64,000 bases of DNA from Camelus ferus (lineage: Eukaryota), in contig NC_045697.1 of the NCBI RefSeq assembly GCF_009834535.1, positions 106,642,001 to 106,706,000 of the forward strand, in the 5' to 3' direction. Numbering within the stretch: the stretch's first letter is position 1; the number at the start of each line of letters is the position of its first letter. The notes under the pieces are model-generated. The model had not been told where the DNA came from, ran no database searches, and saw only the letters and a list, made by a program, of their open reading frames with translations. This document shows, one piece after another, positions 25,901 through 38,829 of the stretch. Both the position numbers and the translations under genes were made by a program.

Positions 25901-25953
25901 CACGCGCGCGCGCGCGCGCACACACACACACGCAGCAGCAGCAGCAGCAACAA
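25901..25953. repeat. Compound microsatellite (CG)8(CA)6 CG (CAG)5 (CAA)2
   Basis: Direct read. Confidence 0.95.
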
Positions 25954-26189
25954 AGGAAAAGCAAGTAAGAAAATGAATGGCAGGACTAAGGGGAATAAGA
26001 ATAATGTCAGGTCAAAAAAAATAGTAGTACTAATGTCAGGTCAAGTAAGAAATGAGTTTGGAGAAATTTGGAGGGAGGACTGGACTACGTTCCAAGAAAG
26101 GGCAATGTGGAGGGGGCTATCAGCTTGTGATGAAACAGTGATGTGATAAAACTCTGCTTTGGGGTCAGTCTGCCACTGGGCTGATTTTG

Positions 26190-26560
26190 AGATGGGAGGC
26201 GGAGGACTGCACAGCCCGTCAGGAGTCCTCGCAGCCGTGAGCGTTGGGTCCAGAGTGGGTGGCAGAGGCGGGCTGGGGGCAGATGACGTAAAGCAGAGGA
26301 TCCAGACTGAGCGCCAGGTCTACAGCATGGCCCGCCAGGAAAACCGGAGAGTGCCGAGAGCAGCCCAGGGTTTGGGAAGAGCTGCCCTGCGCCCTCTACA
26401 CGATTGCCGAGCTGAGCCGTGGAGCTGGCTACAGGTGCTACCGCAGAAAGCCTTCCAGTCCTGGTTCCTGCGGGGCCACCACAGGCTGAGCAAGCGGAAA
26501 TACCAAGGGCCCAGAGCGCGGCGTCTGCGGTGAGGCGGTCGCTTTGTTGAGGGGGCATGG
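26190..26560. promoter_or_regulatory. GC/CpG-enriched intronic segment (candidate regulatory element)
   Basis: Many CpGs, GC-box-like gggaggcgg and gaggcggg, TGACGTAA, GCGGAAAT. Confidence 0.35.
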
Positions 26561-27228
26561 CAGCTTGCTGTCATGTTTGAAGTGGAGAAAAGCCCAGTGC
26601 ATTTTCATCCAGGAAAAAATTAAACAGATTTTTAAAAATACCCACTTCAGTGTTAGCCTGATGAGGTAAAAATAATGTTTCTGTTGAATTCCGTATCACA
26701 GATTGCTGGTGTGGGAGGTTTTTAAAAAGTAGATGTCCTTTGTGTGAAGAAAACAGACTATTGTTTGTACCTAAGTAAAATTTAACCCTAGCTTATGTGG
26801 CAGATATCCTTGTTTTGCTATTAGCCTGATGTGACCCCAGAGAACGTGGTGAAGAACTACATTGTGACTGGAGCACATTTTGCTGAATATGTGTAAGAGC
26901 CCATGAGACTGTCCTGAGAGAAAATAGCTGAGGTCCCCTTTGAGTGTTTATCTGGGTCTCTTACCTGAGCCTGAGGCCATCCTAGGTTACCAGAGGGACT
27001 GGGTCCTGGAGTCACTGTTCCTTGTCAGAAACCTTTTTATTAGTATTAGAAATGCTCTCAGAGTCCTAGGGAGACACCCCCAGACGCTGTCACCTCCTTG
27101 TTGCATCTTGGCAGGACCTTCTGTTTCTTCTCTGGGTGACATGTGCTGCTGCCTCTCCCTCCTGAACAGAGGGGAGCCCCTCTTTCTTGGGGCTAACCTC
27201 CTGGGAAGCAGTGTAGGAGTCCCGTGTG

Positions 27229-27389
27229 CACAACCAGCTACATAATTTGTGGGGCCCAGTGCGAGATGAAAATCCAGGACTCCTTGTTCGAAAATTATGA
27301 AGAACCTCAAGCCAGCAACATCAGAATACTAAACCCAGCATGGGGCCCTGTGTGTCTGCACAGATTGCAAGCCCGCAGAGCCAGCCCTG
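27229..27389. mobile_element. MER45-like hAT transposon
   Basis: ctacataatttgtggggcccagtgcgagatgaaaat...ccttgttcgaaaatta...ggggccctgtgtg...gccagccctg. Confidence 0.75.
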
Positions 27390-27630
27390 AGTGCCGGGAC
27401 AAGCTGTGGCGTCGCTGCCCTCTTGCCTTCCATCAGATGGAAGAAGGGGCACCAGAGACGGCCGCTGCTTCCACCTGCTCACACGCCCTGCCCACGCGGT
27501 GGTGTCGGGGGGAGCAGGGGCGCCCTCCATCCCCCGTGCTCTGGTTGGTTGTGTTAATAGGGGCGTTGCTCCTGGAGGATTGGTTGACCTCTCCTGACAT
27601 TCAGGTGCTAGATGGTAGGCTGCAAAGCAC

Positions 27631-28292
27631 GGGAGATTCTCGCTGTTCGCCATAGTTCTAAAAAGGTGCCACTAACGCTGAATTCTCAAATACTGGTCTG
27701 TTGCTGGTGGGGAAATACAGGGTTAGTCCCTGTGAGCCCATGGTCACCACTTTCATCAGCCAGTGTGTATATAATCTTGTGTTGAGTGTGTTTCTGTTGG
27801 AAGACGCCTTGTTTAATGTGTATTGTTGGTTCATGTGCGTTGTACTCAGGACCAGCAGTGCTGTCAGTCACGCCCACGCGAAGCGCATCTGACGCTTGTG
27901 TGTTCTCCGTAAGGCACAACTTTCTTGAGCCTAGGAACACTAGATAGCACTTCAGCTCTACACTTGGGGGCCATTTTAAGCAGAGGACCAAAAGCCCCCA
28001 AATGCAAAAAAACACAAAAACAAAAAAACAAACAAACAAAAAAAACCCAAAACAAAAAAACCTGTGGCGTGTAAATAGCCCACAAGACGTGTGTGGGTGG
28101 GGCCAAGTAGCGGAGTGTCACCTTGTTCATCCTCAGCTGGGATTTGTTGGGTGACTCAAATTTTTTGTCACTGTGTTCATGTCAGCGAATGACCACAAAA
28201 ATACCACAGGTATTGATTTGGGGACTAAAAATACATTTTAGCAAGTAGGTGAATTTGCAAATGTACAATCTGCAGATACTGAGGATCAAATG
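27631..28292 (+). mobile_element. MER82-like TcMar-Tigger element with an internal A-rich expansion
   Basis: ggggaaatacagggttag; ttctccgtaaggcaca; taggaacactagatagcacttcagc; ends gtgaatttgcaaat...gaggatcaaatg. Confidence 0.8.
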
Positions 28293-30269
28293 CACTTTGA
28301 ATTTCAGCTTTTATGTCACAGTGAGCTAGTCTGTCATGCAAAACCATATGTCAACATGGGGAAAGGAGGTTGCTGTTTGTTTTTTTAAAGGGATAATATA
28401 ATAGGATGTAATACATTCATATATGATAAGCCAAGGCAGTGTTTTTTTAAAACTGAGGTGAGCTGATTCAAAGGGTGGAAGAAGTTACTCTGTGTCAGAC
28501 ATCTTCAAATTAGACCTGAGATGCATGTACTTCTCTCTGATAAGAGAATGTGAAGATGTTGTGGGCTTGATAACCAGCTGTGCTAATAACGATCATTGAG
28601 CGTCAGCTAATTACGATGTGTGAAAAATAAAACGTCCTACTAATAGTAGGTTACATTAGTTTCAGTTCATGAGTCACCTTGTGTAAACAAAGGTTGTAAC
28701 AAAATAAGATGAAAAGAGTCGATAGGAAAAGAATATAAGGGCTTTACATGCCTTGGAGAAACTGGCAGTCTCCAGAATATTGTCCAGTCTCTAACTCTTT
28801 CATGGTTAAAGGACTTCCTTTGGGAAACAGATTCAGTGAGTGTTTGTGGTACAGTGTTAAAATGCAGGAAATGAGATTACACATTTTGAAAGCATTTTCC
28901 TCTGAATGACACTTTTGTGTTCAAAATATTTTGAGACATTCCTATGATAGAGACTATTGTGTGAAATAAGCAAATTAGATAAGGCAGTACTTGATGTGTT
29001 GACAAGATAACTGAAAATGCCTTGATGAGAATTTCAGTCCCTCATAAGGAGCAGTTTACGTCTGTTTGTGTTTGTGTGTGCGTAACAAGGGCTCATGCGT
29101 GTGTCAGCGTTTGCTGTTGTCTGATCGCCCCTAAGACAGTTCTGTACTGGGGACGGCACAGTGCCTAAGTGCCCGCGTAGCATCTCTGTCTTCTTGTTGG
29201 AAAGGTTTTAAAATATTTAAATTTTTTTTGTTTTTCTGTCTTCTCAAAAGCCATCTGTTTTCGGCGGCCTGGTGTACTGCTGGGCTGCAGTTTGGATTTG
29301 CAGTCGTTTTTCATGGTGTTTCCCTATATTGTCCCCTTCCTCCTTGCAGCCTTCTACCTCTCTGAGGGGCCACAGCCAGCAGCTGCCCCCACCCTCCCTT
29401 TTGATATTGATTTGCTTCTTAAATGCGTTCATCTTTCTAAATGACTGTTTACTGACTTACCTAAGCCAGGTGATAATGGGAGACTGTTGACTATGAGGAA
29501 ATCCCAGTTTCACTCATTTTATAAGATGAAATGGTTGCTTAGACTGCTTTAAAACAATTTATGAATTAAATTTTAGAAGACTGGTTTTCTAAATTGTTAT
29601 TTTTCCCTATTCTCATGAGCAGTGGTTGCAAAAAATCAAAATCCCCATCTTTCTGTCTCCCCACCCCCTTCTCTTTCTCTTACAAACACACACGTTATGT
29701 GCATGTGTCTATATATGTACATATGTTATCACATGTATATATAACATGTTAAATATTATACAACATATAATGTCATATATATATATAGTATATATGTCAG
29801 AGTTTCGGGTTATAGTTAGGAAAAACTTCATTCTTGGAGATTCATAGTGCACGTTAGCATATTTAAGGCTTTGAAAAGTTCTGCGATAAAGAAACCGGTT
29901 AGAACATTTCCCAAATTTTTTGATCATGGAAGCCTTTCATGCAGAATACCCTATTAATATCCCCTTGGACTAGTGTTCTTTAAATGCTGCCCTGAAGACA
30001 AACAAGCATGTAAATGCTACGACTTACTCAGTTGTAGTGAGCATTTCCTGCAGGCCAGGCACTGAACTGAGTAGAAGTCGTGTGGTTGGTGACTAAGAAT
30101 TGTCACTGCCCTCACGGGGAGAGCAGTGGGTGAAGGGTGACAGACCACAGTGTGACAGGTACCCGGTAGGGTCAGTACAGGCTGCTGCTGTGAGAGTGTC
30201 GGAAAGGGGGTGGTACCTAACGCGGACTCAGCAGGGAAGAGCACCTGAGGAAGTGCAAGCATTCTTTCA

Positions 30270-31060
30270 TTCACCTGCACAAATGAGTGTCTTCTAGAAT
30301 GGGGAATAGGACTGAGCCAGGCAAGGTCTCAGCTGACATGAAGGTTAAATTCCATTGGGGGAAGGCAGATAATCACTTAAATAATTGAGCTTTTTGATGG
30401 TGAACAGTGCTATGAGGAACACGAGGAAGGTTTGAAATAGCTGCTGTATCAACGAGGGTGGGCTCTAAGTAAGGAAGCAGCTTTGAGGGTTCCGGTGAGG
30501 CGGAAACCACGGACTTAATAATGGCATCGTGAAAGTACCGAGTTTTGTGGGTTTTCTTCTGCTACATCCACTGCCCTGGTGAGGTGCAGGAATGTGAAGA
30601 GTTGGGGTGACAGGAATTTGGATTCTCTCAGTTGTGGGCACTGAGAGGACAGTCACATCATGGAGTTTTGACACCATCACGTAGTAGACAGGCTGAGCTG
30701 GTCGGGGAGGAAACCCGCAGAGGGAGGAAGGAGTGTGGAAGGGACTAGGATGACAGAGGTGAATGTGTAGGTAGAGGAGGGCTGAGGGAGATAGAGGAAC
30801 AGGAAGTCTGTGGTTAGGGGGAGATTTTTTTTATAAGGATTCGGAAGTGGGAGTCCCCCTGAATGATGAAGTCCAGAATGTGGCAGGGGGCTGCAGTGGC
30901 TGAGGGACTGTGGTGGTACTGGCCACACTGCAGGAGAGAGAGGAGGTTGTCCTGACCATCAGCATGGGCTGGGATACCACTCAGGTAACAGAAGGGGTAC
31001 TTGGGACAGAGATGCCATGAACCAAGCTCTAACGCCTTAAGGGAAGGAGGGGGAATGTCA
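30270..31060 (-). mobile_element. L2 fragments
   Basis: gccaggcaaggtctcagctgacatgaag; gatggtgaacagtgctatgagg; purine-rich degenerate tract. Confidence 0.4.
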
Positions 31061-31804
31061 GAGCTGGGAAATCCAAAGTGGTATAATTAAAGGGTGTGAG
31101 ACTCCATGGAACAGGGGGTTCCTTTTAAATAAGTGTGCAGAAGTCCCTGTGAGCAAGTAGCAGGCTCTCCTTACCCTGCCTCTAAGGAGATGGGGTGTGG
31201 GAGAAGAGGCAGCCTCAGGTGCCTGGAATGTGGCTTCACAGGTCAACATGGGTTCAGAAGAGGCTGTGGCTTTTCTAGGATAGTTGGTGATGGACAGACT
31301 GTAAAGTTCAAACCATATCTTGTGGCTCTATGCCCAGAGCACTTCATCCTAGCTGCTGAGATAACAGAGACTACAAGATGACAAACGCTCGTAAGTTCAT
31401 CAAGCAGCAGAGTAGTTACTTCTTCAGTGAATGCTGTTGCTACTATATCTACTATGTGAAGTTGTGTACATAATGGACTAAGCTTCTGGGTTTCCATGAG
31501 ACAGTTTTTGAGTTTTGGACATCTAGTATTTGAAAAATTACCTTATTCACGAAATGACTGCTCTAAGATCTCCCTGTGACCGAGTTTCCCTCGCCACACC
31601 AGTTCCCTTACCCCTGCCATGTTCCTTCTTTCCCTTCCATCCTGACATGTCCCTGACAGTGGCTCCAATTTTTGATGGAAGCCCAGCCAAGCCTGCAATC
31701 ATCTCATCCCTGAAGACCTTTGAGAGGTCGTTGCTTCAAATGCATTTTCCTTGGAGCCTTAGTGAGAGCTTCTGGTGCTGGAATGGATTGTTTTAGAGAT
31801 TAAG

Positions 31805-31950
31805 AATGAGGGCTTTGCATTTGGACAGACCTGGAATTGATTCCTGGGTCCACCATTTATTAATGGTGTAACCTTCATTGCAGTACTTACTGACCCCAGT
31901 TATCTGTTTTCTAAGTGTGAATGAAGTCAGATTTATGCTAAAGCATTTGA
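31805..31950 (+). mobile_element. MIR SINE
   Basis: gagggctttgcatttggacagacctggaattgattcctggg...tgtaaccttc...tacttac. Confidence 0.65.
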
Positions 31951-32213
31951 CTGATGAATTGTAGTGGTTCTCATCAGCATCTCCAGAGGTCCTGGGAACC
32001 ATCACTGCAAAAAGCCCCTGGAGTTGACTGGGGGGCGGCAGGGAGAAGGCTTTGGAATCTATTGTCCCAACAGGGGTATCTTTAATCTTGACATTCTTCA
32101 CTGTGAACATAAGTCCCAGTCTCCTGTGGACTTTGAAGCCCTGCCTAAAAGTGAAGGTGAGGCAAAATCTGGACTGTGAGCAGGCTGGTCCTTCATCTTT
32201 TGGGACTGTCAGT

Positions 32214-32340
32214 CAGGGGTCCTTAATCATGATGACACATCGAAGCACCTAGGAGCTTTAAGAAAGTAAATACATAGACCCCAAACCCCAGGAGACTCTC
32301 ATTTATAGACCTGAGGTAGGGCCCATACAGATGGTTTTTC
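32214..32340. mobile_element. MER5 hAT fragment
   Basis: cacctaggagctttaagaaa...ccccaggagactctcattt...gacctgaggtagggccca. Confidence 0.6.
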
Positions 32341-32460
32341 ACTGTATATAAACAGATACATGGACTGACAGAGTTAGAAGTTAGCACTAATAGTAAAAAC
32401 TTCCCAAAGTTGTCAGGATCAAGTAAAATTGCCTAGTCCATAACTACAATTCAGAAATTA

Positions 32461-32863
32461 TGTTAGTCATCTCTTGTTGCATAATAAATCACCCTAAATT
32501 CAGTGGCATTCAGAAATAAGCATTTCTTTCTCACCCTTTAAATGTTGGCTGCAGCAGCTGTGCTGATGGCCGCTGAGCTGCAAGACAGAGTGGGCTGGGG
32601 CGGCTTTCCTCCACATGTCTCTCACCCTCCTCCCACCAGCCGGTCAGCCCAGGCCTTCTCATGCCCCTCAGAAGCACAGGGGAGCACGTGGACATGTGCA
32701 TGGCCTCCTGAAGCCTAGACTCAAAGCATTATGTCTGCTTCATTCTGTTGGCCAGAGTGGGTCCCATGCACGAGCCCTTGTGTCAGGAGGTGGTGAGATA
32801 CATGCAAAGGACATGGGGACAGGGTGGGGTGAGGAATGGGGGGACAGCAGTGCCGTCTGTCAC
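32461..32863 (-). mobile_element. MLT1-type MaLR solo LTR
   Basis: tgttagtcatct...tgcataataaatcaccctaaattcagtggc...cattctgttggccaga...gggtgaggaatggggg...caca. Confidence 0.75.
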
Positions 32864-33494
32864 AGAAGCCTGAAATGTGAGTTTTTGCTACTGAAAGTTA
32901 AATGACTTCAAAGGAGCAAAAATTTTGATGAAGCATCTCCTGTGTCAGGCTCAGTGGAAAATGCCAAGAAAAAGTGACCAGGAGCTGCCGAAAGTAAAGG
33001 ATTCATCCTATAAGTTACTCTTGGAGTTAAATAGGCTTTGCGGGGACGTGTATGCAAGATTTTGGAAACTTCTCTCCCTTTATAACTTTTTCCACCACAT
33101 AGGAAAATTCATACAGGATTTAAATGAGTTTCGGGAGATTATTCATAAAATGTGACCACCTATATTTTCTGTATTTCCACTCCATAACAAAGTGTGTTAT
33201 AAAATGTTATTGAACCCCCAAGCCACATCCCTTTACTAATTATAAGGTTGCATTTGCGTATAGAGGGGAGCTTGTGGGAAGCATTACACACTACACATCG
33301 GATTTTAAGATAGCAGAGTTCAGTAGTCTGTCTGATGCTTTCATTATGACTGTGTGCATGAAAGTTTTATCTCTGCCTGTTCATTTGTAATGATATCTAC
33401 CCTTCACAAGTTACTTACTGAAATTAGATGTAATAAAGTATGTGAAAGTAGCTTCAAGGTTGAATATCATAAACCAGTAATAGTTTCTCTCAGA

Positions 33495-33740
33495 ACGTAG
33501 AGCATAAGCTCTTGGGCTGCACAACCAGATTGCCCGGGTGTGATTTCTGGGGTTGTCACACAGGCTATGAGACGTGGGGCAAAGGAGATTAATCCCTGTG
33601 TCTCGTTCCTCCTTGTTTAAAAGGGAGTGAGAGTCACATGTCCCCTCTAAGGTGGCTGTAAGGGTTCAGGTAGTTTTTGTAAACCTTTAGTGGGCACAGT
33701 GCCTGGCCTGCTATAGCTGCTCAATAGGGGTTATATTTTT
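33495..33740 (+). mobile_element. MIR SINE
   Basis: gagacgtggggcaaa...ttaatccctgtgtctcgttcctc...cacagtgcctggc...tgctcaata. Confidence 0.65.
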
Positions 33741-36700
33741 TTGCTACAATAAATGAAAAATAAACAAAATTGCTATTTGACCAATTAAATGCTCAAGGAT
33801 AGCTAAAGCCAGTCTAAGAGATGTAACGTAAGGTTTGTGAATTTAGGTATCTGAGTGGGAAAGTTTGAAGGGTTGTGTGGATTTTTCAGGTCTCAGTTAT
33901 TTAAAGGTGAGAACTATTTTGCAAATGAGGAACATTTGCTGTGGACGTGCCACATGTACAGTAATGTGTTGTATCTAGAAAGAACTTAAGATATGATCTG
34001 TATCTTCAAGAAGCTACTACGCAGTTGGGAAAAGCAGTTATCACATCCGAAGTGATGCTGGTGTTAAGTGATACGGTGCAGACTAGTTGTGTAAAAGGAG
34101 TGTCTCTCCAAGCTGCTGGGCAGGTGCCAGTGAAATTCTACCCGTGGATTTAGGTGGCAGCTCAGAGGTCGGCCACAGCATGGAGTGCTTATGTGCTTAC
34201 TTACACAGGGATGCAGAATTAAATTGTGGCCTTGTAAGGTGTTTGCGATTGGAATGAGACTCCACAGAGGGAGAAGGGGAGTTTTGTAGTTGATGTTACA
34301 AAGCTTCTGAAGACTCTGAAAGGGCCTCTTCTTCCCAGGAGATTGCAGAAAAAAGCTAAGTCAGCACATGTCGTGCCTCTCCTTACAGAGCTAACGGGTC
34401 ATGTATCACTGACAATGGAGTGGTGGCGGCTGTTGCCCAGAGAGGCAGAAAGTGGCTTATTCAGGGTTCAGTGGCTCTGTGGTGCCAAAGCTAATGCCAT
34501 TTTGGGCCAAGAGTATTTTTGAGCATTATTGTCTTTGCAGTCTGTCTTTTTAAAAGTAGGATTTCAAAGTTTATATGAAATTCACTGTGTTTGTCTATTT
34601 CCTATCCAAGTGATGTGGTTTGTTGTATGTTTTAGCAAATGTAACAAGCAAAATATGCCTCTAGAATGTCACTGCTTAGTTCCCACTTGGCCTTTTCTAG
34701 TCTGTAAAGGTGGGTGTTGGTCTTTACCTCAAAAGGGCATAAAAATAAAGCTTTAATGAGACATTGTATGTAACAGAATCAAAGACTCTGGTAGTAAGGT
34801 AAGAGGGGGAATGTATAATTTTCCCTTTGCAAAAACCAGATTTTTAAAATAAAGTACATTAAAGTAACTCATTCTAAAATGAAACAGAAAGGTGATGTTT
34901 TGTTAGTTTATCTTCTCTATTGGTTATATTGCAGGGTTTAATTTCTTAGAATTTAAGCTCTGTTAGAAGTCAGCTACCTTTGTTCTTTCCAGGTGAGTGG
35001 GGCTGTAGAGGAAATAAATAAATCAGGCTTCTCCCAGCAAAAGTGGAGGTCCTCCTCGACACCGTGGGTCTCCAAGACTAGAGGGAGCTGTGACAGTGTG
35101 CCAGCAAAGGAGTGTGTGTTGAGATCCACAGTGGTGACGCTGTGTGGAAGGCAGGAGGAGGTGGCAGAGATGCTCACAAAGACCCTGCTTGGGAGAAGGG
35201 ACTTTTTCACAAAAGGTTTTGCAGTATCCATGAAGCAAGTACTGCCCTGTGCTCAAAGGTTGCAGATACATTTTTCAGTGTGCCTAGTGAGAAATCTAAT
35301 ATCTTCTGCTTAGTCTTCCTGTTCTTGTCCTATTTGTTTTCCACAGCAATCCATGAAGGTCCAGCTGTTTCATTTTTATTAAAAAAATGTTTGTTATCGT
35401 TAATGTATGCTTGTGGATACTAAGACGAGGATACCATAAAGCAGTTAAAATAATTTGTTGATAATAAAAGTGAAAAGATTGGAACCAGTAAATAAGTGTA
35501 CTGCATTATAACAAGCATTATCATATTTGTGCATCTAATGGTTTTCAAAGCTTTTGCAGAATGTGTAGAGAAGCTGGGGACACTTATCCGTTGTTTAGAT
35601 TTTTTTTTAACTGTCTACCTAGACAAGGGAAAGAATAATACCACTTCATTTGAACTCATTCTCTTCCTTCAAACCTGCAGATTCAGCTTATCAAGTATTT
35701 CATTTATGATTTTGAAACCATACTACCAACTGTGTGTGGCTTTGGACGTTCTGGGTTTAGGGTGGTAGAAGACTGCATGGCATTTCCTTAGCTTACAAGT
35801 TTTAATTCCATAGTATTTCTTAGTTCTTAACACGAGGCCAAATTTCATTAAATTCTCCGAAATTTAATCTTATAAAAGTGCTAGGATGATTCATGCCGGC
35901 CTTCCTTCCCCAGATCATGACTCGTTTTCAGAGTTGTATTTGAAAAGCTTTGTAAGTTAAGATAAAATACTTAGAGTTTGGCACTTTTCTGTTTCCCTGA
36001 ATACTCAGTTGGTCTCTGCCAGCAGTGAGTGTGATGACAGGGTTAGGTTTTATTTCTCAGGTGTTCCTGTTGGTGTTTCATTTTGCAGATCTAAACAGGG
36101 GGCTAGAAGGGAGTGCTGAAACAGAAGAATAAGCCCTCAAGTTTTTTATTCTTTTTGTTCCTACAAGATGGAAACCATTCAAGGACATCTGGTACATAGG
36201 GCTTTGTTCGTTTCTCGGCATTTGGCTCTTACCATTTTACCAGCATCTTTACAAGACCAGTCTTCTGGGAATATTCATTGTCTCTTTTCTTCACAGAGTT
36301 GTCATTGGAGGTATATAAATAGGTTATGAAACAAAGGAGAATTTAAAAGATACTAAGGATTAGAGAGTGATAAACTTGAGGTACACATCCATTTCTTGGC
36401 AGAAAGATGTGAAGGGAAGTGTGACTTCAGAGCACAAGAGAACTACTTTACAAAGGTTTGAAAGATGCCTTTGGAATATTTTTTGCTTTTGTGGTTTATT
36501 GACTCTGTTTTCTGAGACAAGGAATCTTTCCTCATGAGAGTAGCATGATTTCATGCTCTGGAGTATGGTTATTGTGGTGAACCGTACAGCTGTAATTAGA
36601 ACGCATTAAATTGGCCTGAACCCTTGTTTGAGGTTTAATGCTTGACATGTTAAATGCATCAGTTCTGCTCTAGAGAAAAATTTCTGTAACAATGAAATCA

Positions 36701-37654
36701 TACTGTGTTGAGTTAAACTATGTTAGTATCCTTCTTTTAGACAGAGTTCATGAAATGTCTGAATTTTTTTTTCCTGTTAGTAATGAAAAAGGTTTATGAA
36801 CCTGTCATGAAGAAAATAATTATTTCGTGTAGTTTCCATTTAATTCCCTGCATTGCCAAATATTCTTCTATGAATCTTTCTTTCATCACTCCCTCCTGAC
36901 TCCCTCTTTAGATTCACAATCAGTTTTCAGGAGCTCATCTGTCATCATCTTGTATGTAATTAATGCAGTGTCTTAGGTGGTGTCATCTGAATTACCCAAT
37001 GGGAATAATGATTGGGTAATTTGAGATGTCATAGTTGAGCCCTGGATCCTCCTTCTCTGAAGGGTAAGAGTAGGTAATGATTTCTGAGCTACTGTACTAG
37101 ACTGTAAGGTTAAAAAAGAAAAGAAAACAAAGACAGTGTCATCCTGGATAATTTTAGTTTCTTTTGTTCCCTTTATTCATTATTTAACAGGCTAACCTAC
37201 AGCATTTGTTTCCTCTCACTTATGTTTCAAATTACAGTCAGTTTCCTCTGGTATTTGTTGACATCAGAATTGATCCAGGCATTTTATTTGTGGAATCTGT
37301 GCTGGAGTTAACAAGGAGCCAAGCTCCAGGGGAAATTAGATATTAAATGAAATATTTGAGTGCCCCTGAATTTAAGAATCTATGCTTAACAGACACCGAA
37401 GTCCCTCAGCTGCGGTTCATAACGTTAGTGAACTTATGATTGAATTGTCATAATGAGTATGAAGAAGCAGACTCAGTAAGAAGAGCAAAACCCCTCAATT
37501 CTGTGTAAGGTTTTTCTTAAGAAGAACTTTGGAAGGAAGTTCCAGACAGTGAGATAAGATGTTTCAAGGGATGCTGACTCAGAGTCTCACTCTTCCCTTG
37601 GGGTTGCCTTTGATTTCCTCTGCATCACCAAGCTCCACCCCCATGGGTTACAGG

Positions 37655-37835
37655 GAGGAAGGTGGTTAGTGGTTACGGAAGCAAACTATGGGGTCCCAGT
37701 GCCGGGTAGGGAGCTTGGGCTGGTTGCTTGATCTTTCTGATCCTGTGTCTTTACCTTGTTTGTAAAAGGGGATGGTAATAGAAACGTCCCTGGAGAGTGA
37801 TGGGTGCCCTAACAGACATTGAGTAAATGTTATTT
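37655..37835 (+). mobile_element. MIR SINE
   Basis: cttgggctggttgcttgatctttctg...tgtaaaaggggatggtaatag. Confidence 0.55.
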
Positions 37836-37964
37836 TTACTTTTACATTGTTTTTCCTTTAAAGTCCAAGCATTGGCAGAAATATTTTTTGTTATCATTCA
37901 CTTTTGCCAATTGAGACAGACAGGTATTGTAGGGAGTAATTTTTCTCGATAAAACAAATAATTA

Positions 37965-38185
37965 TCCAATACCTACTATGTGGAACAAACTGTGCTGGTT
38001 GGTTTAGATATATCATTTCACCTAATTGCCACGACAGATGTAAAGAGTTAGGTAGCCTTAGCTCGGTTCTATTGATAGCAGAGTAACTCTTTGAACATCA
38101 ATTTCCCTAAGGTCACTCAATACGTAGTTAGAGCTGGAATGCCAACTCCTGATCTCTCTGACTCCAAAAGCTCGTGTTTCTTCTA
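37965..38185 (-). mobile_element. MIR SINE
   Basis: acctactatgtg...atttcacctaatt...ttccctaaggtcac...agagctggaat...tctgactccaaaagc. Confidence 0.6.
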
Positions 38186-38529
38186 AGTACCTCACAGATA
38201 TGACTCTCGAAAATGCATAGTACCAAAACTCCTATCAAAAGAGAACTTTCTATTAAAAATGCAGGAAGTGTCAACGTTTCTAAGGCTCTAATCCTGAAGA
38301 GTTTGTACAACTTCACACTGCAAAATTAATTTATCCAAATAATAATTGTAGATAAAATTTTGAGCAAAACATATTTCTACTTCTTATCCTCCTGTTCATC
38401 TTCAGATGATGGCCATCAGAGATGTCAAGGGCCTGAGACCCATTCAGAGATGAAAAACAGTGAAATACCTAACCCAGTACAGTCACTTGCTTATGGCAAG
38501 ATTTACAGGAGGACAGTAGCTTGTGTTTT

Positions 38530-38675
38530 AGTGTCTTATCACTCAGGTTGTGGTCCAAGGGTCGTCACTTGGAAGTTTTCACAAATGCAGAATCTTAGCT
38601 CTCTTACATCAGACTCTGCATGTTCACAGTCTCCAACCGATTTGTATGCACAAATTTCAGACTCGCAGCTTTAGA
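38530..38675. mobile_element. MER5A-like fragment
   Basis: aaatgcagaatcttag...atcagactctgcatgtt...gatttgtatgcaca. Confidence 0.55.
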
Positions 38676-38829
38676 AAGCAATACAGGGGAAAACTGTCTG
38701 CAGGTTACCTGGACAATTGTACTGATTATTAGCATTCAGGAAAGAATACAGAAGCATAGTTTATCTCCTAGGTGAATTTATAATCTAGTTGGCCAGCGCT
38801 ATAGTGTAGTAATTGAAAGGTAGGTCATT

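Noticed and set aside
26085..26574. Three overlapping ORFs (84-157 aa)
   Set aside because: No recognisable homology; stop-poor because of GC content.
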